Positions 24,466 to 37,249 of a DNA stretch of 64,000 bases are shown here, piece by piece. Below the pieces are notes generated by a model. The model was not told the origin of the DNA. It saw only the letters and a list, made by a program, of their open reading frames with translations, and ran no database searches. Source of the stretch: Okamejei kenojei (Eukaryota); assembly GCA_035221665.1 (NCBI GenBank), contig CM069136.1:110484001-110548000 (forward strand), read 5' to 3'. The position numbers were made by a program, and so were the translations under genes. The number at the start of each line of letters is the position of its first letter. The stretch's first letter is position 1.

Positions 24466-25207
24466 ATTGACCTAAACCCATTTACCATTATCTATAACCA
24501 TTTCTTTATCTTGAACAATTCCACATTCCTGTGATATTGGAATGCGCTGTCATTTTCCTATTGGTTGTCTATGGTGAGAGTGCCACAATGTCAGAGGGAC
24601 TGAACTCCAACTGAGTTCTTAATCCAAGGATCAATCTCCCTTTAATGATAAATCAAATAGATGCTAGAAGTTGAAAAAAGCAGGCATTACAGACTACTTT
24701 TTCCCCACTCGCAAAGTATATCTATTATTAATTGTAATTGTCTCATTTGCCTGCCGGAATATACTTCACTCTGATACTGTAAGTAATGTTTTCAAATCTC
24801 AGTTTATCTCCATCTTGTTTTATTCATGTGTTTTGCTGCATTTAAGTTTTATAAAGTGTAATTTTGGAGGATAGTTAATTAATTGTTTAGATTTGGCACT
24901 ATAAATTAATGGTTTATCTGCCACTGGTGTGTTAATTGGAGTCACCATATAATTAATTGTGGGTGATAAAGGTTGGTGCTGAAGTAATTAAATCACAATT
25001 AGACTAGTAATCGTATTGATGAAATGTACAATGGTGGAAGTTTCCTTGCATTTTGGAAATGTTAAGCATGTGCAGTGGAAGGACCTGTTTAAACTCCGAT
25101 CAGGGAAGTGCTTGGAGATAACCTCTCTGCTGCAATAGTGAATTGTAAGAATAGACTTTGCTGACTTGTTGGAAATAAATTAAAGTGGTCAGAAATTACA
25201 TGCAGTG

Positions 25208-26018
25208 TTCAATGGTCCTTTATTGTCACGTGTACCTTGATGCACAGTGAAATTTGATTGATCATACAATCATACCAAAAAAGCGACAGGATACAAAACG
25301 ACATAAAGATTAAACACAAACAGCCATCACAGCGGCATGTGAGAATCCCCCGGGACACACAGCATAAGCAGAGACCCACAGCCATCAGTGCATTGTCCGG
25401 GCCACACACACGCTCCTTCACCGTGATGTGACCAGTTGTACCGACCACTGTCACTCTCTATGAAGTCCATGTCCGCAAGAACAGTCAGAAAGCCGTCCAC
25501 ACTCACTCCAGACTCCAGGATGACCTCATGGTGCGATGTCCCCGCAAACACCGAGATCGCTGCATTCACGGCACTCCCTCCGAGTCCCCACCAGTGCAGG
25601 TAGCGCATCCATCTTGTTTTTTCAGTGACCTCACACTCGCACTGTGATGGAAGGGAAAAAACCTATACCTTCATTCCTTCTTTTCTCCCGCGGTCGGGGC
25701 GATCGAAGCCTCCGCATCGGGGCGGTCGAAGCTCCTGCGGTTGGAGCTCCCGAGGTCGATCCCTAACAAAGGGACCGCCAGCTCCACGATGTTAAGGCCG
25801 CAGTACGGACAGCGTTACAATATGGACAAAGTTGCATCTTCGTCGAAGGGAGAGATTAAAAAAAAAATCCTCCATCCCACCACCCCCCCACCCACCTAGT
25901 ACAAAAAAATTATAGATATACTAAAGTACACAAGTAAAACGGACCAAAAACAACAAAAGAAGAAAACTACGAGACAGGCTGTTGGAGAGGTTGCCACTTA
26001 CGGCGCCACCCGGTGGTC
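25208..26018 (-). mobile_element. CpG-rich non-autonomous retroelement with Rex1/Babar-type tail
   Basis: Tail tttattgtcacgtgtaccttgatgcacagtgaaat; 5' end ggcgccgtaagtggcaacctctccaacagcctgtc resembles the starts at 37320 and 48575. Confidence 0.6.
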
Positions 26019-27556
26019 TTAAATACCTTAGTACCATTTAGAATTTTAATCAGCTATTACACAATGTGGAATTCCAACATTTGCAGTGGCATCCTCAATT
26101 GTCCTATACATCGCGTTATTTTATTTCTACCAATACAAATACTAACATGCCATTATTAGTGTGAGAATCATCCCGTAAGCATGATTGGAAAAGATAGTCG
26201 AAACTGGGGAATCAGCACAGGTTACACAAAAAATCCCCATCCCCGACCTCTACCTCGTTACATCGACGACTGCTTTGGTTGTCACCTCCTGCACCCACAC
26301 ACAACTGACTGACTTCATTCATTTCACCACCAACTTCCATCCGGCACTCAAATACACTTGGACCATTTTCCGGACACTTCCCTACCATTCCTTGACCTCA
26401 CCATCTCTATTGCAGGTGATAAACTCCTGACCGACAGCCACTACAAACCTACTGACTCCCACAGCTACCTGGACTACTCCTCTTCCACCCTGCTTCCTGT
26501 AAGGACTCATCCCCTATTCCCAATTCCTCCGTCTACGCGCATCTGCTCCCAGGATGAGGTGTTCCACACCAGGTGTCATCACAAATGGCCTCATTCTTCA
26601 GAGAACGGGATTCCCTCCCCCCACTATTGATGAGGCTCGCAACAGGGTCTCCTCCATTACCCCCGCAACACTGCCCCTCGCTCCCCATTCCCCCACTCGC
26701 AAACAGGGCAGAGTCCCTGGTCCTCACCTTTCACCCCACCAGCCCGGCAAATACAACATATAGTCCTCCGCCAATTTCGCCACCTCCCAACGTGACCCCT
26801 CCACCGCCACATCTTCCCATCTCCCCCCCTGTCTGCCTTCCGCAAAGACCGCTCCCTCCGCAAACTCCCTTGTCCATTCTTCCCTCCCCTCCCACTCTAC
26901 CCCTTCCCCGGGCACTTTCCCTTGCAACCGCAAGAAATGCAACACTTGTCCCTTCACCTCCCCCCTCCACTCCTTTCAGGGACCCAGCAGTCCTTCCAGG
27001 TCCGACAGAGGTTCACCTGGCACTCCTACCAACCTCATCTACTGCATCCGTTGCTCAGATGCCAGATGATCTATATCGGTGGAGACCAAGCGGAGGCTTG
27101 GCGATCGCTTCGCCGAACACTCCGCTCGGTCCGCAATAACCAACCGACCTCCGGTGGCTCAGCACTTCAACTCCCCTCCCATTCCACATCCGACCTCTCG
27201 GTCTGGGCCTCCTCCACGGCCAGAGTGAGCAACACCGCAAGCTGGAGGAACAGCACCTCATATTCCGCTTGGGGAGTCTGCATCCTTTGGGCTTGAATAT
27301 TGAATTTTCTCATTCTGTTAACCCTTGCTGTCTCCTCCCCTTCCCACCTCTCCTCAGGCCCTCGGGCCCTGACATTCCCTCTATCTCTATCTCCTCCCCC
27401 ACCCAAGTCGCCACAGCTTCTCATTTTCACACCACAAACAGCTTACAATGGCTTGTTCCCTTTATCACCGATTACTTTTTTGCATATCTTTCACTCATTG
27501 TTCCTATCTCTCCACATCACCATCTATATCTCTCGTTTCCCTGATCCCTGACCAGT

Positions 27557-27583
27557 CTGAGAAGGGTCTCGACCCGAAACGTC
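27557..27583 (+). ncRNA. Minimal hammerhead motif, upstream repeat (core lacks one A)
   Basis: ctga-gaagggtctcgacccgaaacgtc. Confidence 0.55.
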
Positions 27584-27720
27584 GCCATCTCCTTCGCTCC
27601 TTAGATGCTGACTGCCACCCGCTGAGTTTCTCCAGCTTTTTTTGTGTACCCTCGATTTCCAGCATCTGCAGTTCCTTCTTTAAAACTTTGTCTACTCCAC
27701 TGCGACATCTCCTCAAGGTT

Positions 27721-30700
27721 ATGCCTACTTTGAAGAAGTTGCTCCTCTCCTACGGAGACAGTTTCACAACCTCCTCTGCTAACTGCTCCCCCTCTGTGAT
27801 ACCACCTTCCTCCAAACTCTCGACCAATCCTCACACAGACTCGATACCACAGCCACTCTGCTTCCTCGGGGCTTGCCTGCGCCTCCATCTCATACCCCGT
27901 GGATTCCAGCTCCAATCCTGCGTCCAGTTCGGACCCCAGCCAGACTATCGGTACCGACGGGCCATCTGCCGCCACACTGTACAATTCTCCAACCGGGCAC
28001 TAAGATCCACCCTGGTTGCAATGCGCCGACACCAGCAGGACCTCGCATTGACTCTCCCGAAACTTCGGGCTCACTCACCCAGACTTGCAACGGACCCCAA
28101 CTACACTACATCCTCCGGAAGATCCTCCGCTTCAATCAACAATTCCTGTCCCACTTACCGCCACAAGGACCTGAAATTAGCCCGCTCCAGGCCGTTCCAG
28201 CCATCGACAATCCCCGACTCGACCGGCCGCAGGCCCCGGGCCCCAACTTGGCCCGAGCCGCCGGCCTGAGTCCCCGACGCCATCTTGGCCACGAGGGCAC
28301 CTCCAGGACTCACCAGGGACGCCGCCTTCACGACCTCCGACGCCGATGCTGCCGCCGACCTCCACCTGCTACTGATGATGCCCAGCCACCGCTGCTGCCT
28401 GGTAACTCTGTTTTATCTCCCCCTCCCCGATTTCCACCGCCCATTCACCAGCGCAACGCGACTGCCCGAACCTCGCCGACCCCGGGACCACCTAACTCCA
28501 TCCCACAAAAACTCCGGGCCCATTCCAGCATCGCCAGTGTACTGGGCCCAACGAAGACCACAGCCGCACCCGCCTCACCTTGCATCGCCGCCGGACCGGG
28601 GCTCCCCTACATGGCCGCCGCACGCACCCACACATCTCGCGCCTCACGGTCGGGACCGACCACCCGCCCACCGGGACCTCCAACACATCGCCCGCCGACC
28701 CCGTATCTACTGCCCGTGGACTCCTACCTCGGGCCCGCCCGACCCACGACACTCCACCGCCGTCGCCTCACCTGCACACTGGACTCTGCATGGGCCTGAA
28801 GCCTCCACATTGCTAACTCCTCCACCAGCTCTGTCTTTAACGGCACTGGGTTCCTAGTGCCGTTCCCCAGCCCCAGTAACCTTAGTGGCTATTCCCTCTA
28901 GGTCTTCCCATCCCCCCCCTACCATGTAAACCCCTGCTCTTCCCCACACACCACCACCCCATACCCCCCACCCCCTGACCACCTCCACCCCCCCACCACA
29001 CAACGCTTCGTCCTCAGTCCACTCACCTGCCTTCCTCCGGCCACAACCCCCATCCTTGCCGCGTGTTCACCTCCCCCCGGACCTCCCCCTCTCCGACATC
29101 GAACGGTCTGTCCTCAGCAGAGGTCTCACCTTTGTCCCCCTCCGTCCCCACCTCAATGAGTTCCGCGCCCACCACGACTTGGAGCTCTTCTACCGTCGCC
29201 TCCGCCTCACAGCGTTCTTCCACGGGAAGAAGCCCTCGCCCACTGATGATCCTTTTCCTGTCTCCCACGCACCGCCTCCACTTGGAACCCCCCTCGTAGT
29301 CTTCCGGCTGAGATCTATTTATCCAGAACTGCGTCGGGACATCAACCGCCTCGACTTCTCCACCCCCCTGTCTCACTCCAATCTCTCCAGCCCTGAACGT
29401 GCTGCCATCGACTCACTCCGTAACAACCCAGACTGGGTTATCAAACCGCCGACAAGGAGGTGCCGTGGGGTAGTCTGGCGCGTCGATCTCTACATAGCGG
29501 AGGCCGCGCGCAAACTCTCGGACACCTCCTCCTACGTTACCCCTGGACCATGACCCCACTGACGAACACCAGGCCGCCATCTCGAGCACCATAACTGACT
29601 TCATTAGCTCCGGCTCCCTACCCCCCGAGCCTCCGACCTCATCGTTTCCCAGCCCCGCACGGCCCGATTTTTACCTTCTCCCCAAAATCCACAAACCCGA
29701 TGCCCTGGCAGACCCAGTGTCTCTGCCTGTCGTGCCCACCGAACACATTTCACATACCTTGACGCATCCTATCCCCCTTTGTTAAATCCCTCCCTACCTA
29801 TGTTCAAGACACCTCAGACACTCTCCGTCGGCTCCGTGCATTCATTCCCAGGCCCCCATCCTCTCATCTTTACCATGGACGTCCAGTCACTCTACACCTC
29901 CATCCCCACCAGGACGGTCTCAAAGCCCTCCGGTTCTTCCTCGACCAGAGGAGCATCCATACCCGTCCACTGACACCCTCCTCGCCTAGCAGAGTTGGTC
30001 TCACCCTCAATAACTTCTCTTTTGATTCCTCCCATTTCCTCCAAACACAAGGCGTACTATGGGCACACGCATGTGGCCCCAGCTACGCTTGCCTCTTTGT
30101 TGGTATGTCGAACAATCCTTGTTCTCGGCATACCAGGGCCCAATCCCGACCTCTACCTCCGTTACATCGACGACTGCTTTGGTGTCACCTCCTGCACCCA
30201 CACACAACTGACTGACTTCATTCATTTCACCACCAACTTCCATCGGCACTCAAATACACTTGGACCATTTCCGACACTTCCCTAATTCCTTGGACCTCAC
30301 CATCTCTATTGCAGGTGATAAACTCCTGACCGACATCCACTACAAACCTACTGACTCCCACAGCTACCTGGACTACTCCTCTTCCCCCTGCTTCCTGTAA
30401 GGACTCCATCCCTATTCCAATTCCTCCGTCTACGCCGCATCTTGCTCCCAGGATGAGGTGTTCCACACCAGGTCATCACAATGGCCTCATTCTTTCAGAG
30501 AACGGGGATTCCCCTCCCCCACTATTTGATGAGGCTCGCACCAGGGTCTCCTCCATACCCCGCAACACTGCCCTCGTCCCCATTCCCCCACTCGCAAACA
30601 GGGGCAGAGTCCCCCTGGTCCTCACCTTTCACCCACCAGCCGGCAAATACAACATATAGTCCTCCGCAATTTCGCCACCTCCAACGTGACCCCTCCACCC

Positions 30701-31215
30701 GCCACATCTTCCCATCTCCCCCCCTGTCTGCCTTCCGCAAAGACGCTCCTCCGCAACTCCCTTGTCCATTCTTCCCTCCCCTCCCACTCTACCCCTTCCC
30801 GGGCACTTTCCCTTGCAACCGCAAGAAATGCAACACTTGTCCTTCACTCCCCCTCCACTCCTTTCAGGGACCCAAGCAGTCCTTCCAGGTCCGACAGAGG
30901 TCACCTGCACCTCCTCCATCCTCATCTACTGCATCCGTTGCTCCAGATGCCAGATGATCTATATCGGTGAGACCAAGCGGAGGCTTGGCGATCGCTTCGC
31001 CGAACACCTCCGCTCGGTTCCGCAATAACCAAACCGACCTCCTAAGGTGGCTCAGCACTTCAACTCCCCCTCCCATTCCACATCCGACCTCTCGGTCCTG
31101 GGCCTCCTCCTCGGCCAGATGTGAGCAACACCGCAAGCTGGAGGAACAGCACTCATATTCCGCTTGGGGAGTCTGCATCCTTTGGGCTTGAATATTGAAT
31201 TTTCTCAATTCTGTT
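27721..31215 (+). pseudogene. Penelope RT-endonuclease ORF (many frameshifts)
   Basis: MPTLKK..CFLGACLRL.LIPRGF; LSDIERSVLSRGLTFVP; SNLSSPERAAIDSLRNN; LIFTMDVQSLYTSIP; YLRYIDDCFG; CNRKKCNTC linker; IYCIRCSRCQMIYIGETKRRLGDRFAEH. Confidence 0.9.
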
Positions 31216-31453
31216 AACCCTTGCTGTCTCCTCCCCTTCCCACCTCTCCCTCAGCCCTCGGGCCCTGACATTCCCTCTATCTCTATCTCCCTCCCCCACC
31301 CAAGTCGCACCAGCTTCTCATTTTCACACCACAAACAGCTTACAATGGCTTGTTCCCTTTATCCACCGATACTTTTTTGCATATCTTTCACTCATTGTTC
31401 CTTATCTCTCCACATCACATCTATATCTCTCGTTTCCCTGATCCCTGACCAGT

Positions 31454-31481
31454 CTGAAGAAGGGTCTCGACCCGAAACGTC
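31454..31481 (+). ncRNA. Minimal type I hammerhead ribozyme motif
   Basis: CUGAAGA-A-GGGU(CUCG)ACCC-GAAA-CGUC; self-complementary ACGU in place of helix III. Confidence 0.75.
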
Positions 31482-32409
31482 GCCTATCTCCTTCGCTCCT
31501 TAGATGCTGCTGCACCCGCTGAGTTTCTCAGCTTTTTTTTTTTCTGTGTACCCTCGATTCTCCAGCATCTGCAGTTCCTTCTTTATAAAAAAATCAGCAC
31601 AGGTTGGTGGATGATTTGACATTGTATGGAACAAGTTGCAAGATAAGGTGGTTGAGACAGGTACTATCACAATGTTTAAAGGACATTTGGGCATGTATAT
31701 GAATAAGATAGGTTTGGATGAATCTGGCCCAAATACAGTCAGGTGGGACTAGTGTTGATGGGGTATATTGGTCAGCTTGGGCTAGTTGGGCTGAGGGAAG
31801 CTGTTTCCACACTCTATCCATGGCACTATCATTCTCCTCTGTTCTCATTAGCTTCTTCTTAATCTCACTCTGACTGTCAAGAAATCACTGGATTAGTGCA
31901 TTGATTGGTAATTAAGATCACCACAGAAGGTTAAGGCTGGTACTTTGTTACTTTTTAATTAGGAGATTTCTGTTGCTCTGATGCCATACTGCTCTGGAGC
32001 AAGACAAATGACTTATTTTCCCAACAAGCAGCATATTTTCCCAAAGATCCCTGCATTTCTCACTTTTCCTTGCTCTCTTTTTATTTGATCTTTCTTTCCT
32101 TTGTGGAACTTTGCTTTCTGTTCCCAAGTTGACAACAATCCACCCAGCAGCCTTTACTTCCTTCTCTTACATCCTGACATCTCCTCCGTTATATGCCCAA
32201 GCTGATGGTCCTATCATGTTCTCACAATGGTGTTACAATGCTCTCACCAAATTGCAAGAATTTTCATGATTAGTTACAATCAGCAGGTAAAGATGAGTAG
32301 TAATGTCTATTAGCTTTCAAATGAATCGGGGCAGCATCATTGGAAGAGAATGAGATCTAAAATTTCAAGTCAAACACCCTTTGTCGGAACTGTTTAGTTT
32401 AGTTTAGTA

Positions 32410-33010
32410 TTTCGTGACTTACTGTATATCGAAGTACAGTGAAAAGCTTTTGTTGCATGGTATCCAGTCAGTGGAAAGACAATATATGATTATAATCGAG
32501 TCATTTACAAGTGTATAGAAACATGATGAGGGACAAGATAAGACACATGATAAGAAACATGATTTGGTGCAAGGTAAAGCCAGCAACGTCCGATCAAGGA
32601 TGGTCCAATGTTCACTAAAGGGGTAGATAGTATTTCAGCACTGCTCTCTGGTTGTGGTAGGATGATTCAGTTACCTGCTAACAGCTGGGAAGAAACTGTC
32701 CCTGAATCGGGAGATGTGCGTTTTCACACTTCCATACATTTTGACTGATGGGGGAGGGGAGAAGAGGGAGCGGCCAGGGTGCGACTCATCCTTGATTATG
32801 CTGCTGGCCTTGCCAATGCAGCGTGAGATATAAATGTAGTCAATAGAAGGTTTGTGTGATGTTGGTTTGTGTGATGGTCTGGGCTGCGTCCAGAATTCGC
32901 TGCAATTTCTTATGGTCTTGGATGGAGCTGTTCCCAAACCAAGCTGTGGTGCATCCTGATACAATGCTTTCTATGGTGCATCAGTAGAAGTTGGTGAGAG
33001 TTGCAGGGGA
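32410..33010 (-). mobile_element. Rex1/Babar 3' fragment
   Basis: ORF 32671-32964 SRCIGKASSIIKDESHPGRSLFSPPPS...KTHISRFRDSFFPAV. Confidence 0.85.
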
Positions 33011-33476
33011 TATTGGTGGGAGAACTGACTTGCTAGTATTAGGTTGCGGAGGATTGGATAAGACATTTTAACTTTGTTCCTTACATTTGTGCCTTCTGTT
33101 AGTACTACCCGCCCATTCCCACTCCAATTCCCACCCACTACAACTTGCAACTAATTGTTTTCTCTCTTTTCCATTTTTGATGGAGTGTTTTGGTCTGAAG
33201 TTGAGTCATAGATTCATAGAGAGATATAGCATGAAGCAGCCTGCACAATACACACCGACTATCAACCACCCATTAGCAGTAATCCTACATTAATCTATTT
33301 TTTCCACCCTCCATTTGTATCAACTACCCACAGTTGTTACCATCCCTACACAATAGGGGTAATTTATTGACCTAAATGCTTACAATTGTAGGTGGGAACT
33401 GGAGCAATCCCAAGTGGTCAAAAGGATAATGGTCGAACTCCACGCATAAGCACGCAGACACAGATACACACACTTA

Positions 33477-33755
33477 TGCCCCTGTCCAACTTAGGAAACC
33501 TGAACGGAAACCTCTGGAGAATTTGCGCCCCACCCAAGGTTTCCGTGCGGTTCCCGGAGGTTTTTGTCAGTCTCCCGAATGGTCGAAAGTGGTTTCCGTT
33601 TCTTCTATGTTCCAGCGAAGAAGCGGAAACCACTTTCGACCATTAGGGAGACTGACAAAAACCTCCGGGGAACTCCGAGAACCGCACGGAAACCTTGGGT
33701 GGGGCGCAAAGTCTCCAGGGGTTTCCGTTCAGGTTTCCTAAGTGGGACAGGGGCA
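33477..33755. mobile_element. PIF/Harbinger-type MITE (same TIR family as 8832-9121)
   Basis: Near-perfect palindrome; TTA TSD at 33474-33476 and 33756-33758. Confidence 0.9.
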
Positions 33756-34029
33756 TTACACTCACACACACACTTACACACATAGTGTGATGCAACAGCT
33801 CGCTGGCTCTGCAACTTAGATATCTGTCTCCTCCACAGGTGCTGCATGATCTGATGAGTGTTTTTAACATTGTCTGTTTCTTTTTGTCTCAGATTTCTAG
33901 CATCTGCAGTTTTTTTTTTTCAATTTCACCCTCTCACTGGATTGTGGCCCACCCAACAATATCTGGGCCTTTCTTTGGAAGAAATTGGATCACTTATTTG
34001 TAACAAAATAAACTTATCACCAGTTGCAA

Positions 34030-34870
34030 CACAGGGCAGCACAGCAGCCCAGCAGTAGAGTAGCTGCCTTACAGTGCCAGAGACCCGGGTGCTGTGACCA
34101 CGTAGGTTTCCTCCGAGTGCTCCTGTTTCCTCCCACACCCTAAGGTTTGTAGGTTAATTGGCCAGATGTCTCAGGTTTGTAGGTTAATTGGCTTCTGTGA
34201 ATTGCCCGTAGTGTGTCGGATGCAATTATGGGATAACATGGAACAAGTGTTTATTTTAGTTTAGTTTAGAGATACAGCGTGGAAACAGGCCCTTTGGCCC
34301 ACCGGGTCTGCGTTGACCAGCGATCCTCGCACATTAGCACTATCCTACACACACTAGGGACAATTTTTACATTCATCAAGCCGATTAACCTACAAACCTG
34401 TACGTCTTTCGAGCGTGGGAGGAAACCGAAAATCTCGGTGAATAAACACACGCAGGTCACGGGGAGAACGTACAAACTCCGTACAGCCAGCACCCATAGT
34501 CGGGATCGAACCCTGGTCTCCGGTGCTGCAAGTACTGTAAGGCAGCAACCCAGTGGTGGTGGGTGTATGGAACAAGCTGCCAGAGGAGGTAGTTGAGGCA
34601 GGGACCATCCCAACATTTAAGAAGCAGTTAGACAGGCGCATTGTTAGGACAGGTTTGAAGGGATATGGACCAAATGCTGGCAGGCGGGACTAGTGTGGCT
34701 GGGACATGTTGGCCGGTGTGGGCAAGTTGGGCCGAAGGGCCTGTTTCCACACTGTATCACTCTATCACTCTTTGACTATAGTGTGAATGGGTGATTGTTG
34801 GTCAGCATGGACTTGGTGGGCCGAAGGGCCTGTTTTCACACTGTATGCCTAAACTAAACTAAACTAATGC
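34030..34870. mobile_element. Cluster: + strand SINE interrupted by a - strand HE1 SINE (34255-34550) and a CR1 tail (34550-34775)
   Basis: SINE head at 34033, inverted SINE body, CR1 3'UTR, then (actaa)n tail at about 34850. Confidence 0.75.
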
Positions 34871-37249
34871 AAAGTAGAATTCAATGCCACATCTATGTGA
34901 ACACATTTTTTTGCTATCAAATAGATGAATTCCTTGTCATTCAAATTTTAGTATTGTGATATAAAATACAATTAACTTTATATGAAAGACATGTTTTTCC
35001 TTATGCTGCTGACATCACCACTCTTACAACATGCAAAACTTTACATACATTGACTTTTCTTTACAATACTGCCTAAAATTGTAATATTTTACATTATTAT
35101 TTCTGAAAAATTATATTTCAAAAGATAAATGATCAAAGATTAAGTTTTAAATAAAGCATTCATTTCTTTAGCTGGGAAATTTAAAAGGATATATTCAATA
35201 ATACAGAGCAAGGAAGTGGAAATGTCAACTGGAAATGAGTTACCTTCAGGTTTTGTAGCAACATCTTAGTTCTCAAGGTCTGGGTTACAAAGACTCGCTT
35301 TAACGTAAAGTACCAAGTGACTGCATTATGTTCTTGAGATCTGAATTGCTAAAATGAAAAGCAATGTACGAGGAAAGCTTGAGGATATTTTACAAAATTG
35401 AAGTAGGAGCTCATTCAGTTCTGATGTTTCATGCTTCACTGATTTTAATCTTCCGGCCATTAGTGGCCATTTCTTTAATTTCTGGGCAATCTCCGTTGGA
35501 CCTTGGCCTCCATTTCCTTCTCCAAGATGCTCCTTGAAATTATCTTCCCTCGTATCTCAGCAGCTTAGTGTACAGTTTAGTAGCGCCTTTATGAAATGCC
35601 TGAAGCAAAAGGGGTAAAATAGAAGAAACAACTGAATTGGAAATTTAAATGATTTATTAGGGTCTTTTGGTCTTATAAAGCCATGTTTTAGCCATGGTCC
35701 AGCCTGATGCTACCCACAGATTCACCTGGCTATGGTCCAGTCTCCATTCAGAAGCATCTTGACTTTAACTTTTTGCCATCCACTCACCAACACTGGCAAA
35801 CACTGTGCTACTGACGGAATCATCCTTCAGATGAGATGTTATCTATCTTCCTCCTTCGAAGATTGTTCATGTTCCCATGTCCCAGAAAGCCATTAGAGTT
35901 CTCCAACATACCTTGGCCATAACATGTCCTTTAATTAATACCAACAAGTCCTGTGGTTTATCTTATCATTGCCATTTGCTGCTTGTGGGAGCTTGTGATG
36001 TACAAAGTCACTTTTGCGGACCATACATCACAGTACAGGCTACACATCAAAAGTAATTGTCATATCAGACCATAAAAGGTGATAAAAATTTTCAGAGCTC
36101 ATTCATTTATATTAGATGACAACTAATATAGGCTTCAAGCCATTATTATTGTAACCAAAAGGTTTTTCTTTGTTTTACTGGAACAAATAAATTACTACCT
36201 TTGTCTATGTTAGTAAAAATAGAAAGGGCTGAAATATTTAGCACATCAGGCAGCATCTATAGTGACAGGAATATAGTTGATATTTCAGGTTGATGATCTT
36301 TCTTCAGAACTGATAATGTATATGTGCTGATTCCAGTTGTCATTGTATCACAATGAAAATGGATGAAGAATAAACAGTGGGAGCTAATTGATGTCACATT
36401 GATTAGTGTCATCATATTGTGAATGACATTGTCCTCGAGGATGAAAAAAAATAATAATTTTGCCAAGTCAGGTTTTTAGCAACATTCCATCTAGTTTCCA
36501 AACGAGATACGACAAAACGATCTCGATGTCAAACCAAAATCCGTAACACGTGCGTACTTTTCAAACTTTGTACTTGTTTCCTAGTCTAAATTATTTCCCT
36601 GCATTTCCTTGCAGATCACGATGAATTGTTCAGAGCTTTGCAAAAGTAAAATTCAGCATTTCACGCTCGTATCCATTGAATTGCAGATACTATATTCTTG
36701 CCTTCTGGCTGTGGGGGGATGCTGAGTAATTGTTATCCCCTTTGAATCAACAGCTGACAACACAACGTTCTTTGATGTCTATCTAATATGACAGTGAAGC
36801 AAACTAAGCACCCACTTCATTTACAACCGTCTGATGCTGGGCAGCTGACACAGCATTGAAGTCGGCCAAAACATTTGGTAAATTGCTCTTGAATTTTGAA
36901 CTTACTTGTGCCATTATTGCCACAGGAAAAGGGCACAGGCCTCTCGCCTGCCATTTTCTCTGCACTGGGGAGATCAAATGGTTCCTTTCAATCATAAAAC
37001 AAAATCCTAAGCTCCCTGTTGCCTGCCACTTTAAATTTCCAACCTGCACCCTCTCTGGCTTATTCTTTCTACTCTATACCAATGAAGCTCAAGGAAAGGC
37101 AATTCACTTTTACCGTCTTTCGGACCCATTATTACATAATTATACCGTTTCTCATTTTCAACTCCTCTCCATCCAGCTTTTCCTTCTACTTTGTTCTTTT
37201 CGATTTCCCTTTGCCTTGTTCCATTGCCCCTTTCATTACTGAATGAAGG

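Larger units (their letters stand above)
26224..31591 (+). mobile_element. Near-complete Penelope-like element (Neptune-type), partial tandem
   Basis: Perfect TSD AATCAGCACAGGTT (26210-26223, 31592-31605); 26236-27680 duplicates 30140-31585; RT and GIY-YIG motifs. Confidence 0.95.

Noticed and set aside
27873-28857. Pro/Arg-rich ORFs as separate genes
   Set aside because: Overlapping frames of the frameshifted, GC-rich Penelope N-terminal region
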